A stretch of 5,495 nucleotides of DNA from a virus (lineage: Duplodnaviria; Heunggongvirae; Uroviricota; Caudoviricetes), in IMG/VR virus record IMGVR_UViG_2657245015_000016, positions 1-5,495 of that record; one strand, written 5' to 3'. Below the pieces are notes generated by a model. It was not told where the DNA came from and ran no database searches. It worked only from the letters and a program-made list of their open reading frames with translations. Shown here one piece after another: positions 4,075 to 5,495 of the stretch (position 1 is the first letter of the stretch; each line of letters begins with the position of its first letter). The translations under genes were made by a program, and so were the position numbers.

Positions 4075-5322
4075 ATGGCATTTAAACACTATGACGTGGT
4101 CAGGGCGGTATCGCCGTCAGACCTTGCGAAACGACTGACACAAAAACTGAAGGAGGGCTGGCAGCCGTTTGGTAGTCCGGTGGCCATAACCCCTTATACC
4201 CTGATGCAGGCGATTGCAGCAGAAGGTGATGTGGTGGTCAGTGGTGCAACTGAGCCGGATTGGTACTACGTCATCGTACTGGCCGGGCAGTCCAATGCCA
4301 TGGCTTACGGTGAAGGGCTTCCGCTGCCGGATTCATACGATGCGCCCCATCCGCGCATTAAGCAACTGGCCCGTCGTAACACAGTGACTCCCGGTGGTGA
4401 AGTATGCGTATTTAACGACATCATTCCTGCTGACCATTGTCTGCATGATGTTCAGGATATGAGTACGATTAACCATCCCCGGGCTGACCTGAGCAAAGGG
4501 CAGTACGGCTGTGTCGGACAGGGCTTACATATTGCCAAAAAACTGCTTCCGTATATCCCTAATAACGCGGGGATCCTGCTGGTACCATGCTGTCGTGGTG
4601 GTTCGGCATTCACCCAGGGCACGGAGGGGACATTCAGCGAGTCCACGGGGGCCAGTCAGGATTCGGCTCGCTGGGGAGTGGGTAAGCCGTTATATCAGGA
4701 TCTGCTTTTCCGCACGAAGGCAGCATTGCAGAAAAACCCGAAAAACGTTTTGCTGGCGATATGCTGGATGCAGGGGGAATTCGATATGACGAATGCCAGT
4801 TACGCCCAGCAGCCAGCAGCATTTCTTGCAATGGTACAGCAGTTCCGTGCTGACCTTGCCGGGCTGGCGGCGCAGTGTCACGGTGGAAGTCCGGCATCAG
4901 TCCCCTGGATTTGTGGCGACACGACATACGCGTGGAAACAAGAACACGGTACGCAATATGAAGTGGTATATGGTGCATATAAAGGTAAAGAATCCCAGCA
5001 GATTTATTTTGTTCCCTTTATGACCGATGGTAGCGGAGTTAATACACCGACAAACAACCCGTCAGAAGATCCTGATATTGCCGGGTCTGGTTATTACGGT
5101 TCGGCATCCCGAACGAACAAAAACTGGGTATCATCAAATCGCCCGACGCATTTCAGCTCATGGGCGCGTCGTGGCATTATTCCCGATCGTATGGCAACTG
5201 CTATTCTGAACGTAGCCGGTCGCACCTTAGCCTTCATTAGTGGTAAGGCACCGGAAATCAAACCCTCGCCCGGCGGCGACACTCCATCGGGGCCGTCTGA
5301 TGGCCAATCAGAAAGGCGATGA
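4075..5322 (+). CDS. nanS-p: NanS-p-like prophage sialate O-acetylesterase (N-terminal DUF1737-like region plus SGNH/SASA esterase domain with a GQSN motif); possibly C-terminally truncated
   Basis: 415-aa ORF with a strong GGGAGGA ribosome-binding site 4 nt before ATG 4075. The N-terminus MAFKHYDVVRAVSPSDLAKRLTQKLKEGWQPFGSPVAITPY matches my recollection of the DUF1737 start of the gene found downstream of stxAB in 933W-like phages. VIVLAGQSNAMAYGEG carries the GQSN catalytic-serine motif of NanS-type 9-O-acetyl esterases. Its position downstream of the ileZ-argN-argO tRNAs matches lambdoid late-region synteny. Confidence 0.75.
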   Translation: MAFKHYDVVRAVSPSDLAKRLTQKLKEGWQPFGSPVAITPYTLMQAIAAEGDVVVSGATEPDWYYVIVLAGQSNAMAYGEGLPLPDSYDAPHPRIKQLARRNTVTPGGEVCVFNDIIPADHCLHDVQDMSTINHPRADLSKGQYGCVGQGLHIAKKLLPYIPNNAGILLVPCCRGGSAFTQGTEGTFSESTGASQDSARWGVGKPLYQDLLFRTKAALQKNPKNVLLAICWMQGEFDMTNASYAQQPAAFLAMVQQFRADLAGLAAQCHGGSPASVPWICGDTTYAWKQEHGTQYEVVYGAYKGKESQQIYFVPFMTDGSGVNTPTNNPSEDPDIAGSGYYGSASRTNKNWVSSNRPTHFSSWARRGIIPDRMATAILNVAGRTLAFISGKAPEIKPSPGGDTPSGPSDGQSERR

Positions 5323-5385
5323 CACCCACGCCCTGGGCCAGCCAATACGCGGTCATGATAAATCCTTATCAGGTATGGAAAAGCA

Positions 5386-5418
5386 AACGGCGCTTCACAT
5401 TATGAAACGCCGTTTTTT
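5386..5418. terminator. Hairpin terminator, probably bidirectional, between convergent genes
   Basis: AACGGCG (5386-5392) pairs with CGCCGTT (5408-5414), with an inner TTCA/TGAA helix. It is flanked by an A-rich stretch upstream and TTTTTT downstream (5413-5418). Confidence 0.45.
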
Positions 5419-5495
5419 ATTAACAACTCATTTCGACTTTATAGCGTTACGCCGCTTTTGAAGATCGCCAGTTCGCGGAAGTCGTTACGCTCGTT

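Noticed and set aside
4452-5461. Several 60-114-aa ORFs on both strands (4452-4646, 4511-4789, 4634-4978, 4690-4881, 4793-5023, 5027-5209, 5094-5345, 5240-5461)
   Set aside because: Nested in or antisense to the nanS-p-like gene, or in its 3' flank. The 5094-5345 ORF needs a TTG start. No ribosome-binding sites or recognisable motifs.

Overview
This window reads as a mosaic mobile-element junction on the + strand. The left end carries a P4/CP4-type island module: a radC-like gene tail, a YeeT/DUF987-like ORF, and the N-terminal two-thirds of a CbeA/YeeU-type antitoxin. That antitoxin is fused in frame (about nt 865-885) to the C-terminal zinc-finger half of a lambda-Q-family antiterminator. 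A lambda-like late promoter pR' and terminator tR' follow, then a small winged-helix ORF, an orphan beta-class DPPY DNA methyltransferase, and a tight ileZ-argN-argO-type tRNA cluster (Ile2-CAU, Arg-UCG, Arg-UCU). Where Stx phages carry stxAB, immediately downstream of these tRNAs, there is instead a ~1 kb non-coding cargo region: two diverged tandem copies of a ~200-nt structured, terminator-bounded, sRNA-like element. A NanS-p-like sialate O-acetylesterase gene (DUF1737 + GQSN esterase) follows and ends early at 415 aa, then a hairpin terminator and the tail of a convergent gene. All family assignments rest on recalled similarity and motif reading, not on database searches.
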